Positions 1 through 8,729 are shown, counted from the stretch's first letter. The stretch is DNA of 64,000 bases from Candidatus Hydrogenedentota bacterium (GCA_045863295.1 BTWA01000007.1:1-64000), one strand, 5' to 3'. The notes: generated by a model from the sequence alone, not told the origin. Numbers and translations are program-made.

Positions 1-100
1 GACGGTTGCCGCCTTCGCGGGGATTGGGCTGCGTCAAGGGTGAGCGAAGGCTGGCAGGGCGACGATCGTCATCGCGTTCACGCGGAAGAGGGCAGGACGA

Positions 101-1507
101 TTGGACGACAAAGATAGTTCGAATAGAGGTAGCGTGCGAAAACAGAATCCTTGGGATGCGGCTCAAGAGCAACTAAGACACACACTCGACGAACATAGCT
201 ACAAAAACTGGTTTTCCCAGACCCGGTTTGAATCCTGGGACAACGGCCGGCTGATTGTGGGCGCGCCAAGCCAGTTCTTTGCGGAATGGTTGCGTGACCA
301 TTTCAAGGACACGGTGTTGTCGTGTGTGCAAAGTGTCGAGCCCGGCGTCTCGCACATCCAGTTTGTGGTTTGCCCGGATCTGGCACAGGGAGGGCAGCCT
401 CCCGCTGAGAATGCGCCTGTAACTCGATCGGCGGGGGGAGTGATAGCCAGTACGGCACCGGAATCGATTAACCGACCGGAAGGCTTCAATCCGAGGTATG
501 TTTTCGATCGATTTGTCGTGGGAAGCGGCAATCGATTCGCCCATGCAGCGGCAAAGGCAGTCGCGGCGGCACCGGCACGCGCGTACAACCCGCTGTTTCT
601 TTACGGGGAAACCGGGTTGGGTAAGACCCACTTGATGCAGGCTCTGGGGCAAGACATCCTGATGCGAAAGCCAAACGCAACGGTAATGTTCATCTCATCC
701 GAGCAGTTCACCAATCAGCTCATCGAAAGCATTGCCAAGAAATCGACAAGCCGGTTTCGCTCCAAGTACCGCAAAGTGGATGTTCTGTTGATCGATGACA
801 TTCAGTTCATCTCGGGAAAGGAAGCCACTCAGGAAGAGTTTTTCCACACATTTAATGCGCTTTACGATAATCACAAGCAAATCGTGATTTCCAGCGATCG
901 CCAGCCCAAGGAAATCCAAGGACTGGAAAAACGATTGGTAACCCGCTTCGAGATGGGACTGGTAACCGATATCCAATCGCCGGATTTCGAAACCCGGGTC
1001 GCCATTCTGCAGAGCCGGGCCGCCGAAGAAAACCTGATCGTACCCACAGATGTGCTTGAGTACATTGCAACTCATGTAACCAGCAACATTCGTGAGTTGG
1101 AGGGAGCGCTGGTCACGGTGCTGGCGTACGCAAAGTTGACAGAACGGAAAATCAGCTTCAAATTGACAGAAGAGGTATTGCGCGACTTGATTGGACGCGC
1201 CCGGCTGCAAACCGTTACCTGCGAGGCAGTGCAGAAAGCGGCAGCGGAACATTTCGACCTGCGCTTGGCGGACATGAAGAGCAAGAGCCGGCAACGCCAA
1301 GTGGCTTTTCCGCGCCAAATTGCCATGTACTTGTGTAAAGAGGTCGTGCCAAACGTATCGCTGAGTGAGATCGGCGAAGCATTTGGCGGCAAGGACCACA
1401 CGACAGTGCTGTACGCGTGCCAGAAAATCAGCCAGCAAGTGAAGCGCGGTGGTGAAATCTCAAATCTTGTGAATCATTTACAAAGGATGATTCGCGATCA
1501 GATTTAA
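101..1507 (+). CDS. dnaA: Chromosomal replication initiator DnaA
   Basis: FDRFVVGSGNRFA, YNPLFLYGETGLGKTHL (Walker A), LLIDDIQF, NIRELEGAL, domain IV GGKDHTTVLYA; TTG start. Confidence 0.98.
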   Translation: MDDKDSSNRGSVRKQNPWDAAQEQLRHTLDEHSYKNWFSQTRFESWDNGRLIVGAPSQFFAEWLRDHFKDTVLSCVQSVEPGVSHIQFVVCPDLAQGGQPPAENAPVTRSAGGVIASTAPESINRPEGFNPRYVFDRFVVGSGNRFAHAAAKAVAAAPARAYNPLFLYGETGLGKTHLMQALGQDILMRKPNATVMFISSEQFTNQLIESIAKKSTSRFRSKYRKVDVLLIDDIQFISGKEATQEEFFHTFNALYDNHKQIVISSDRQPKEIQGLEKRLVTRFEMGLVTDIQSPDFETRVAILQSRAAEENLIVPTDVLEYIATHVTSNIRELEGALVTVLAYAKLTERKISFKLTEEVLRDLIGRARLQTVTCEAVQKAAAEHFDLRLADMKSKSRQRQVAFPRQIAMYLCKEVVPNVSLSEIGEAFGGKDHTTVLYACQKISQQVKRGGEISNLVNHLQRMIRDQI

Positions 1508-1534
1508 TAGTTTACGAATTTCACTACCAAAAGG

Positions 1535-1560
1535 ACGCCCCGCTACAAGGCGGGGCGTTT
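1535..1560 (+). terminator. Intrinsic terminator after dnaA
   Basis: ACGCCCCGC-tacaag-GCGGGGCGT followed by TTTGTATTT. Confidence 0.75.
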
Positions 1561-1649
1561 GTATTTGAAGACGCCTTGCGTAGTCTGGCCGGGTGGCGCA
1601 TACTGAACGCGGAAAAGTCGAACCCTGGAAAAACATGGAGGGTTGTGCC

Positions 1650-2375
1650 ATGAAATACCTTCAATCGCGCAAAGTGATTGGAGCGCTAATTCTCTCGGCG
1701 ATACTTTTTACTTTGCAGCATGGGCCATCCAATGCGGCGGAAGCACAGGCCGACGACCCATATGCCGGTACATCCAAGACCAAAGTGGGTGACCTTGCAC
1801 CAGCATTTGAAGTACCGGCCATCGACGGAAAGATCATTAAGTCCGAGGAATGGAAGGGAAAAGTGGGGGTCATTGTCTTTTTTGCGACATGGTGCGGCCC
1901 ATGCCGTGCAGAACTCCCCGCAGTGGAAAAAGAACTCTGGTTAAAACACAAGGACGCTCCGTTTGAGTTGGTTGTCATTGGCCGCGAGCACACCAACGAC
2001 GAACTCGCTTCATTCAAAACTGAGACCGGTTATACATTTCCACTGGCGGGAGACCCAGAGCGTGCCGTATACGGCAAGTATGCGACAAAATACATTCCTC
2101 GAACCTACGTGATCGGCGCTGACGGAAAGATTTTGTTTCAATCGATCGGATATGAAAAGCCGGAGTTTGAGGAGATGCAAAAAGTCGTGGAGACCGCGCT
2201 GGCAGGATTGGAACAGGCCAGTCTATCCCCCAGCCAGGGTCTGCAACCTGAATCGCCGGGTACGCAACGGGTCAGCGACTCCAAGGCCCCGGCTGTCTCC
2301 AACGGATCCGGGTTGAAAGGCATCGAAGTGGGCGGCGAAATACGTGTTCGAGCGAGCTACTACCACAAAGACTGA
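1650..2375 (+). CDS. Exported TlpA/ResA-family thioredoxin-fold redoxin with C-terminal extension
   Basis: Signal peptide, VGDLAPAF, FFATWCGPC (CxxC), IPRTYVIG; ATG at 1650 has GGAGG upstream. Confidence 0.88.
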   Translation: MKYLQSRKVIGALILSAILFTLQHGPSNAAEAQADDPYAGTSKTKVGDLAPAFEVPAIDGKIIKSEEWKGKVGVIVFFATWCGPCRAELPAVEKELWLKHKDAPFELVVIGREHTNDELASFKTETGYTFPLAGDPERAVYGKYATKYIPRTYVIGADGKILFQSIGYEKPEFEEMQKVVETALAGLEQASLSPSQGLQPESPGTQRVSDSKAPAVSNGSGLKGIEVGGEIRVRASYYHKD

Positions 2376-2466
2376 CTGATTCGGCTCTGCAAACACAATT
2401 AAAGCGAGTCGCACTCGCGGAAGGTCTCGACTCAATTCGACAAGGTCTGAGTCCGGTCGATGCCGC

Positions 2467-3207
2467 CTAGGACCCGAGAACGTAGTTCACCAACCTCGGC
2501 AGCATTTCTCCGGAGGGACCCCCAAGAAACGCGTCGGAAATGTCGTGCGTGAAGTCAGTCGGTTCTATATTGCATTCAATGATATAAGCGTTGCCCTGCT
2601 TCGCCTGATACGGCAACCCCGCGGCAGGAAACACCTGCGCGCTCGTTCCAATGACTAACATGACATCGCATTGCTGCGTTTGTGCGTGAGATTCGTATAG
2701 AGCATATTTCGATATTTCTTCGCCAAACATCACAACATCTGGTTTCATCAACCCGCCGCATTGAGCGCAGGACGGGGGGCCAGCATCAAAGGACTTCGTG
2801 TCGAAAGGTTCTCGCCGGTGGCACTTCAGACAAATCAGGCGGCCCATGGATCCGTGGAAATCTATGACATGACGGCTTCCCGCTGACTGGTGAAGATTGT
2901 CAATGTTCTGCGTAATAACCGCCTTCAGGCGATCCGCATTTTCTAGTCGAGCGAGGGCCGTGTGACCCGAATTCGGCTTCACATGCTGGAACTCATGGGC
3001 AAGGGTCTTCCAGAATTCCCATACACGCTGAGGGTTTTGCAGGTAGGCCTCAATCGTCGCGTACTCTTCCGGCGGGTATTTGGCCCAAATCCCATCCTTG
3101 CCCCGAAATGTCGGAATACCGCTCTCCGCGGACATACCCGCACCCGTCAGGGCCACGGCATGCCTTGAATCGCGCAATCGCATGGCGGCCTGATCCAAGG
3201 TGTCCAT
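2467..3207 (-). CDS. cobB: NAD-dependent protein deacylase (Sir2 family)
   Basis: LTGAGMSAESGIPTFRG, ITQNIDNLHQ, HGS, two CxxC, KPDVVMFGE, GTSAQVFPAA. Confidence 0.93.
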   Translation of the reverse strand: MDTLDQAAMRLRDSRHAVALTGAGMSAESGIPTFRGKDGIWAKYPPEEYATIEAYLQNPQRVWEFWKTLAHEFQHVKPNSGHTALARLENADRLKAVITQNIDNLHQSAGSRHVIDFHGSMGRLICLKCHRREPFDTKSFDAGPPSCAQCGGLMKPDVVMFGEEISKYALYESHAQTQQCDVMLVIGTSAQVFPAAGLPYQAKQGNAYIIECNIEPTDFTHDISDAFLGGPSGEMLPRLVNYVLGS

Positions 3208-3243
3208 CGCTCACTCCCGAACACCACCCGAACACTTCCGTGG

Positions 3244-4515
3244 TCAGGCCGGCGTGATGATCTCCTGGCCGTTCATATACCCGCGCAAGGCTTCGGGTAC
3301 AATAACCGATCCATCCGCCTGCTGGTAGTTTTCCAGAATCGCCACCAGCGTCCGTCCAACAGCCAACCCGGATCCATTCAATGTATGAACGTACTCGGGT
3401 TTCTTTTCCCGCCGGAACCGGATATTCGCGCGCCGAGCCTGAAAATCCGTACAGTTGGAACATGAACTAATTTCGCGATACGTGTTTTGACCCGGAAGCC
3501 ATACCTCGATATCGTAGGTCTTGGCGGCTCCGAACCCCATGTCGCCTGTGCACAACGTGATGACCCGATACGCCAATTTGAGCTTCTGCAGTATCTTTTC
3601 CGCGTCGCGCGTCAGCATTTCCAATTCGTCCCACGATTGCTCGGGTGTGGTGAATTTGTACAGCTCCACCTTATCGAACTGATGTTGGCGCAACATACCG
3701 CGGGTATCCTTGCCATACGAACCGGCTTCGCTACGGAACGAAGGGGAATATGCGCAATAGCGTAATGGTAAAACCGCCGCATCCAGTATCTCATCGCGAT
3801 GCATGTTCGTCAGAGGGACTTCGGCCGTCGGAATTAGCCACAGGTCATGGCCCTGAAGCGAGAATGCATCGTCGGCAAATTTGGGCAATTGGCCCGAACC
3901 TTCCAGGCTTGAACCAAGCACGAGGAATGGCGGAAGTATCTCCGTGTATCCGCTTTCCCGGGTATGTGTGTCCAGCATCAGGCTGATCAACGCACGTTCC
4001 AATTGAGCGCCCGCGCCTTTCAAGACGGTGAACCGTGTACCGGACATCTTGGACGCAGCCGCAAAATCCAGAATCCCGAGTTTCTCGCCGATATCGACAT
4101 GATCCCGGACTTCAAACGCGAATTCGGGCGGCGTGCCTACCGTTCGTTCCAATCGATTGCTCGATTCGTCGCGACCAACCGGTACGGATTCGTGAGGCAG
4201 GTTATGAATGCGCAGTAGCTGGTCCCGCAAGCGAGCGTCTGCGTCTTTGGCCCGGTCGTCCAACTCCTTCACTTTGTCGCTCACCTTTTTCATGGCGGTG
4301 ATGGCGCCGGTCGCATCCAATTTGTTCCGCTTCGCAAGCGCGATTTCTTCGTTCGCCTTGTTCTGCTCCGCCCGCAATTGCTCCATTTCGAAGTACAACG
4401 CTCTGCGATCTTTGTCCAAGTCGAGCAACGCGTTCACGTCGCAGTCCACGCCTCGGGATTCCATCGCTTTGCGAATGACTTCGGGCTGCTCGCGAATCAT
4501 CTTCATGTCAAGCAC
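3244..4515 (-). CDS. serS: Serine--tRNA ligase
   Basis: [54 protein letters not shown] start at 4515 gives the typical MLD.K.IRE N-terminus. Confidence 0.97.
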   Translation of the reverse strand: MLDMKMIREQPEVIRKAMESRGVDCDVNALLDLDKDRRALYFEMEQLRAEQNKANEEIALAKRNKLDATGAITAMKKVSDKVKELDDRAKDADARLRDQLLRIHNLPHESVPVGRDESSNRLERTVGTPPEFAFEVRDHVDIGEKLGILDFAAASKMSGTRFTVLKGAGAQLERALISLMLDTHTRESGYTEILPPFLVLGSSLEGSGQLPKFADDAFSLQGHDLWLIPTAEVPLTNMHRDEILDAAVLPLRYCAYSPSFRSEAGSYGKDTRGMLRQHQFDKVELYKFTTPEQSWDELEMLTRDAEKILQKLKLAYRVITLCTGDMGFGAAKTYDIEVWLPGQNTYREISSCSNCTDFQARRANIRFRREKKPEYVHTLNGSGLAVGRTLVAILENYQQADGSVIVPEALRGYMNGQEIITPA

Positions 4516-4572
4516 AGTTAGTTTCCTTAAATCAATATGAAGCCAAACGGGACGCCATGGATCCGCCAAGGG

Positions 4573-5463
4573 CTATCGGTTTTGCCGCAGCAAGTCCAAT
4601 ATTCGTTCCAGTTCGTCCAGTGTGAAATATTCGATTTCTATCTTGCCCCGCTGAGGATGGGCCTCATGGGTGCGGAGCGTTACACGAGTGCCCAGACGGG
4701 ATCGCAATTCATCTTCTATCGCGCTTACGTGCGGGCTCTTTGGCTTCGTCTGGGTTGTTGCGGGTTTCGCAGGTTCGGCCAGCTTTTCCACCTGCCGCAC
4801 GGAAAGGCCTTGCTCCATGATTTTCCGGCAGGCCGCAATCTGCTGATCGCGCGACGGCAGCGAGAGTAGCGCGCGCGCATGGCCCATGGAAATGGATCCG
4901 TCGCCTACCCGCTCCTGAACCGGTTTCGGAAGATTCAACAAACGAAGCGTATTCGTGATCGTCGCGCGCTTTTTGCCTACCTGCCGCGCCAGTTCATCCT
5001 GCGTCCATCCCAACTCGTCTATTAGTTGTTGATACGCCTTGGCCAATTCGATCGCGTTCAGATCCTCGCGTTGAATGTTCTCGATGATGCCAAGTTTCAA
5101 CATGTCCGCATCGGAAACATCGCGAACTATGGCTGGAACCGTCTCAAGGTCGGCCATGATACTGGCGCGCGTGCGGCGTTCGCCGCTGACAATCTCGTAT
5201 CCATCGCCCGACTTGCGCACTACGATGGGCTCAATCACCCCGTCCGCGCGAATTGAATCCGCCAGTTCTTGCAGGGTGTCTTCATCAAATCGTGTGCGCG
5301 GTTGTTTGGGATTCTGTCGCAATTCTCGGGGATCAAGCTGGAAGATGCGCTCTCCGGGAGGAATAACCGCGTAGGAAGCATCCTCGGGCAACACATCTTC
5401 TTTCTTGCCGGTGATGAGCGCACCCAGACCCCGACCGAGGCCACCCTTTTTGTCTTTACCCAC
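4573..5463 (-). CDS. parB: Chromosome partitioning protein ParB
   Basis: GLGRGLGALI, NPKQPR, GERR, IENIQREDLN, HTH; overlaps parA. Confidence 0.96.
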   Translation of the reverse strand: MGKDKKGGLGRGLGALITGKKEDVLPEDASYAVIPPGERIFQLDPRELRQNPKQPRTRFDEDTLQELADSIRADGVIEPIVVRKSGDGYEIVSGERRTRASIMADLETVPAIVRDVSDADMLKLGIIENIQREDLNAIELAKAYQQLIDELGWTQDELARQVGKKRATITNTLRLLNLPKPVQERVGDGSISMGHARALLSLPSRDQQIAACRKIMEQGLSVRQVEKLAEPAKPATTQTKPKSPHVSAIEDELRSRLGTRVTLRTHEAHPQRGKIEIEYFTLDELERILDLLRQNR

Positions 5464-6214
5464 GAGACACCACCTCGCGGGCCAGCGCCATATAGGCCCG
5501 GGCTCCCGGTGACTTCAAATCGTAGAAAATTACCGGCTTTCCAAAACTCGGCGATTCGCTCAGCGTCACATTTCTTGGTATAACCGTCTCGAACACTTTG
5601 TCTCCCAAATGACTCCGCACGTCATCCACCACCTGCTTCGAAAGATTCGTATGCTGATGCATGGTCAACAGCACGCCCTCAACCCGCAAGCGCTGGTTGA
5701 GGTTGTCCCGCACCAGCTTAATGGTCTGCAGCAATTCACTTAACCCCTCAAGCGCATAATACTCGCATTGGAGCGTTACCAAAACCGAATCCGCTGCGGC
5801 CAAACCGTTAACCGTCAGAAGACTCAGCGAGGGCGGACAATCAATAAACACATAATCATACAATTGCCTGTACGGCTCGAGGCATTTCCGGAGCCGGTAT
5901 TCCCGTTCGTCCAAGTGCACAAATTCGACTTCCGCGCCAACCAATTGCCGGTTGGAGGGAACAATATTCAATGTCTCCATGAGTGTGGGCAGAGTCGCTT
6001 CCTGTAGCGTCACCTTTTCGACGAGTACATCGTAAAGCGTATGAGCTACCGTGTTCTTGTCGATACCCAAGCCACTTGTGGCGTTGCCTTGCGGGTCCAG
6101 GTCAACCAGGAGCACTTTACGGGAAGCCGCCGCCATGCAGGCCGACAAATTGATGGCAGTGGTGGTTTTTCCAACCCCGCCCTTCTGGTTGGCTATGGCG
6201 ATTATCTTCCCCAC
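5456..6214 (-). CDS. parA: Chromosome partitioning ATPase ParA/Soj
   Basis: NQKGGVGKTTT, DLDPQGNATSGLG, IDCPPSL, QCEYYALEGL. Confidence 0.97.
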   Translation of the reverse strand: MGKIIAIANQKGGVGKTTTAINLSACMAAASRKVLLVDLDPQGNATSGLGIDKNTVAHTLYDVLVEKVTLQEATLPTLMETLNIVPSNRQLVGAEVEFVHLDEREYRLRKCLEPYRQLYDYVFIDCPPSLSLLTVNGLAAADSVLVTLQCEYYALEGLSELLQTIKLVRDNLNQRLRVEGVLLTMHQHTNLSKQVVDDVRSHLGDKVFETVIPRNVTLSESPSFGKPVIFYDLKSPGARAYMALAREVVSRG

Positions 6215-6564
6215 AAGACCCCTTGCCGGACCGGTTTACGCGGTGTATCGAGCCATGGAAAATGGACAAACCGGAAGGATTGCCACAATCCGAATATGAT
6301 ACGGCTCGACACGCTGCAAATCAATGTAGCAAAAGCGGTTGGACGCCCGTTCGGCGAATTCGCTCGCGATTACCCGAGTCCCGAATGCGCATGCAACCAG
6401 TAGGTGTGGTACGACAAAACCGAATAGTTTACTGGAAAAGCACGAAATTAGCATTTTTCGATGTGCAACAAGCCAAGCCTATAAGGTAGAATATTACTGA
6501 GTGCGTGCGGATGGACCGGAAGTGATGCGAAGTGCCGCACGGCGTCCACAGGAGGGTAAGTAGT

Positions 6565-7230
6565 ATGTCCCTCGTTTTTGCCAGGCGCAAGCCTTGCCAT
6601 GCGAAGCCGAACCCCCTTCGGCCGAAAGTCCCAGCCCAATGGCCCTGGATTGCGTCCGGCGGCATGCGCTCGGTGGTTTCCATAGTTTTGCTGGTAGTAT
6701 TGGCCCAATTCTTTGTTGTGCAGTGGGTATATGGGATGGCTTTTTATCTGGTGCCCACCGAGTCGATGCAGCCGACTCTGGAACCCAAGGACCGGCTTGT
6801 CACCCTGAGAAGTAGCCAGTACCGAAGGGGGGATGTGGTGGTCGCACGGGATCCGCTTGATCAGGATTCGTTTGTCGTGAAGCGAATTGTCGCCGTGGCC
6901 GGTGATACGGTGTCCGTCTCAAAAGGTCGGTTGCATGTCAATGGGCGACTTGTGCCCGAGCCTTATCTGATTGCCTCAATGTATTACGTATTCGGTCCAA
7001 TCACGATACGGCAGGGTGAAGTATTTCTCCTGGGCGACAACCGCAATGCGAGCGAGGATGGACACATCTGGCAACAGGGCGTTCCAATCGCAGACATCAT
7101 GGGAAAAGTGACCCACATCTACTACCCGTTTGGACGCAGCGGCAAATTGCCGTCCTTCGACTACGTCTACTCAGGCATCCGCAATGAAACCGACTTCAGC
7201 GAAAGACCCGCATTCTCCGTCGGTCCGTGA
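6565..7230 (+). CDS. lepB: Signal peptidase I
   Basis: VPTESMQPTL (Ser), VVKRIVA (Lys), FLLGDNRNASED; GGAGG before ATG 6565. Confidence 0.9.
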   Translation: MSLVFARRKPCHAKPNPLRPKVPAQWPWIASGGMRSVVSIVLLVVLAQFFVVQWVYGMAFYLVPTESMQPTLEPKDRLVTLRSSQYRRGDVVVARDPLDQDSFVVKRIVAVAGDTVSVSKGRLHVNGRLVPEPYLIASMYYVFGPITIRQGEVFLLGDNRNASEDGHIWQQGVPIADIMGKVTHIYYPFGRSGKLPSFDYVYSGIRNETDFSERPAFSVGP

Positions 7231-7422
7231 GGCGGTTGCCTCGTTGGTGGCCGGGATAAAAGGAGGCTCCACGGTTTCCGGGGTCAGCAATTGATCCAGC
7301 GCAAACCCGATGGAGAGCAACACGATGGCTGCTACAAATCCCAGCACTATCAGCACTGCAAACCATTTCAAGTTGCGGCGTTCTCTGGCTTCGTCGATGT
7401 TATACGGGTTGCTCGGTTCCAT
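7171..7422 (-). CDS. Small single-TM hypothetical protein
   Basis: ATG with GAGG upstream, one long hydrophobic helix; 3' end overlaps lepB. Confidence 0.55.
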   Translation of the reverse strand: MEPSNPYNIDEARERRNLKWFAVLIVLGFVAAIVLLSIGFALDQLLTPETVEPPFIPATNEATASRTDGECGSFAEVGFIADA

Positions 7423-7566
7423 TGCCTCGTCTCATCCTGAGTTTGCAATTCTGCCGGAAATTTGCTCCTGGCCGGCTAAAACGCTCTGATCGAACAGGCG
7501 CGAACACCCATAGGTTTTAGCATACATTGACGCATTGCCGCTAATTCACTCATATTAGTACAGTCA

Positions 7567-7605
7567 TGTCCAGTTTTTGAACAAACCGTGTCCAAAGTTT
7601 GTACT
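7567..7605. promoter_or_regulatory. Tandem putative enhancer (UAS) sites for a sigma54 activator
   Basis: TGTCCAgttttTGAACA (7567) and TGTCCAaagttTGTACT (7589): imperfect palindromes 22 bp apart, about 110-150 bp upstream of a sigma54 promoter. Confidence 0.55.
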
Positions 7606-7711
7606 TTCTCGCCATTCAAAGATGCATCTGCGATATTGCTATTTTATGCAATCTGCGCCTTTTTATGGAATTTAGACAAATATTGTGGTGCATTCGGTCG
7701 GAATGGTGGCG

Positions 7712-7727
7712 TGGCACAAAGATTGCT
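7712..7727 (+). promoter_or_regulatory. sigma54 (-24/-12) promoter
   Basis: TGGCACAAAGATTGCT matches TGGCAC-N5-TTGCW, 50 nt before ATG 7777. Confidence 0.8.
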
Positions 7728-7776
7728 CTTACATCAATTGTGTTTAGCGGTAAAAAGCCGGTCACGAAGGAATGGA

Positions 7777-7998
7777 ATGATGGACTTGGACCCAAAAGCA
7801 GGCGGTCATCACGATACCGAAGCAGTCTTCCGGCTCGTGCTGGAATCCTTCTCCGGAAACGTGCACCTCGCCGCGATCGCCCTCGGGGTTGAAGTGGAAT
7901 CGCTGCTTGTTTGGGTGGGGCCCGCATTCGAAATGGCGACACGGCAAACGGATCATCCTTATCAAGGTACGGTCCGCAGCGAAAAACACGCTGCATGA
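7777..7998 (+). CDS. Stand-alone degenerate Fis-type HTH microprotein (73 aa)
   Basis: VLESFSGNVHLAAIALGV resembles the Fis/HTH_8 pattern AL...GN...AA..LG[IV]; AAGGA upstream; sigma54 promoter upstream. Confidence 0.55.
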   Translation: MMDLDPKAGGHHDTEAVFRLVLESFSGNVHLAAIALGVEVESLLVWVGPAFEMATRQTDHPYQGTVRSEKHAA

Positions 7999-8122
7999 TG
8001 GCGTGATCCCAGAGGGATCACCGCGCATGCAACCAGCATTGCCCACGACGCACGTTGCGTCCGGCCGGTCCGGAACCGCTTCGGCGGATTCCGGCCGGCC
8101 CGGACGCGGCGGAAAGCATTCC

Positions 8123-8187
8123 GGTTTCATGGGGTTGTCCGAGGAAATGGCTCCTCTCCGGGCAAACCTGTGAAACCTTTTTCATTT
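8123..8187 (+). terminator. Long terminator hairpin ending the sigma54 transcript
   Basis: GGTTTCATGG...CTGTGAAACC stem (G-U pairs favour the + strand) then TTTTTCATTT. Confidence 0.6.
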
Positions 8188-8206
8188 GAATCCGTAATAC
8201 CGCCCC

Positions 8207-8384
8207 AAAAAGAAATGCGCCAGGCCGTGAGACCATAGCGCACTCTTCGGAGGCAAGACCTTTCCGGTCTGAACCGGAGGGCGATGGGATCTACCGCCCG
8301 GCTGCTCTTTCAAGCTGCCTCAGGTCTATATATTTTGACATCCGTGTCATTCGGGCCTCGACTTCCTTGTCTCGGCCATCCATG
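8207..8384 (-). ncRNA. Putative sigma28-dependent sRNA 1 (about 180 nt) with CsrA-type GGA hairpins
   Basis: Own promoter; hairpins GAC-AAGGAA-GTC and TGACA-CGGA-TGTCA plus 5' CATCATGGATG; terminator GTGCGC...GCGCAT-TTCTTTTT; paralogous to sRNA 2. Confidence 0.7.
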
Positions 8385-8389
8385 ATGTA

Positions 8390-8416
8390 CTATCGGCGGA
8401 AACGCAAAAAACTTGA
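8390..8416 (-). promoter_or_regulatory. sigma28/FliA promoter (sRNA 1)
   Basis: Minus strand TCAAGTTT-N11-GCCGATAG. Confidence 0.75.
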
Positions 8417-8468
8417 GTGAATTGAGCGCTTTCGGAAAACAGGAGATTCATTTGCCTAGTTGTGGCAT

Positions 8469-8697
8469 AAAAGTGAAATGCGCCGCAACGGGGATTGCAG
8501 CGCACTCAAGGAAGAAATACGTAGGGACTTGCGAGTCTCCGGACTGGCGGGATAGACCAACCGGCGACTGTGCCGCTTAGGAGATTGGATAGGTCTCCTT
8601 GGCGGGAGAATGCGGCGAGGGATGAGCACCGCATTCCGTTTTCAACTGTCCGACATCCGTGTCGAGTTGCCTTAGCATCCTTGCTTCGGCCTTGTAC
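8469..8697 (-). ncRNA. Putative sigma28-dependent sRNA 2 (about 230 nt) with CsrA-type GGA hairpins and AUCC loops
   Basis: Own promoter; hairpins AGCA-AGGA-TGCT and CGACA-CGGA-TGTCG; three further stem-loops; terminator GTGCGCTGCAA...TTGCGGCGCAT-TTCACTTTT. Confidence 0.72.
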
Positions 8698-8702
8698 TCT
8701 GT

Positions 8703-8729
8703 ATATCGGCCGGGTGGTTCAAAACTTTA
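8703..8729 (-). promoter_or_regulatory. sigma28/FliA promoter (sRNA 2)
   Basis: Minus strand TAAAGTTT-N11-GCCGATAT, one mismatch to the TAAAGTTT-N11-GCCGATAA consensus. Confidence 0.85.

Noticed and set aside
8292..8383. 30-codon ORF (MDGRDKEVEARMTRMSK...) within sRNA 1
   Set aside because: No equivalent peptide in the paralogous sRNA 2, and conservation is structural; translation cannot be fully excluded
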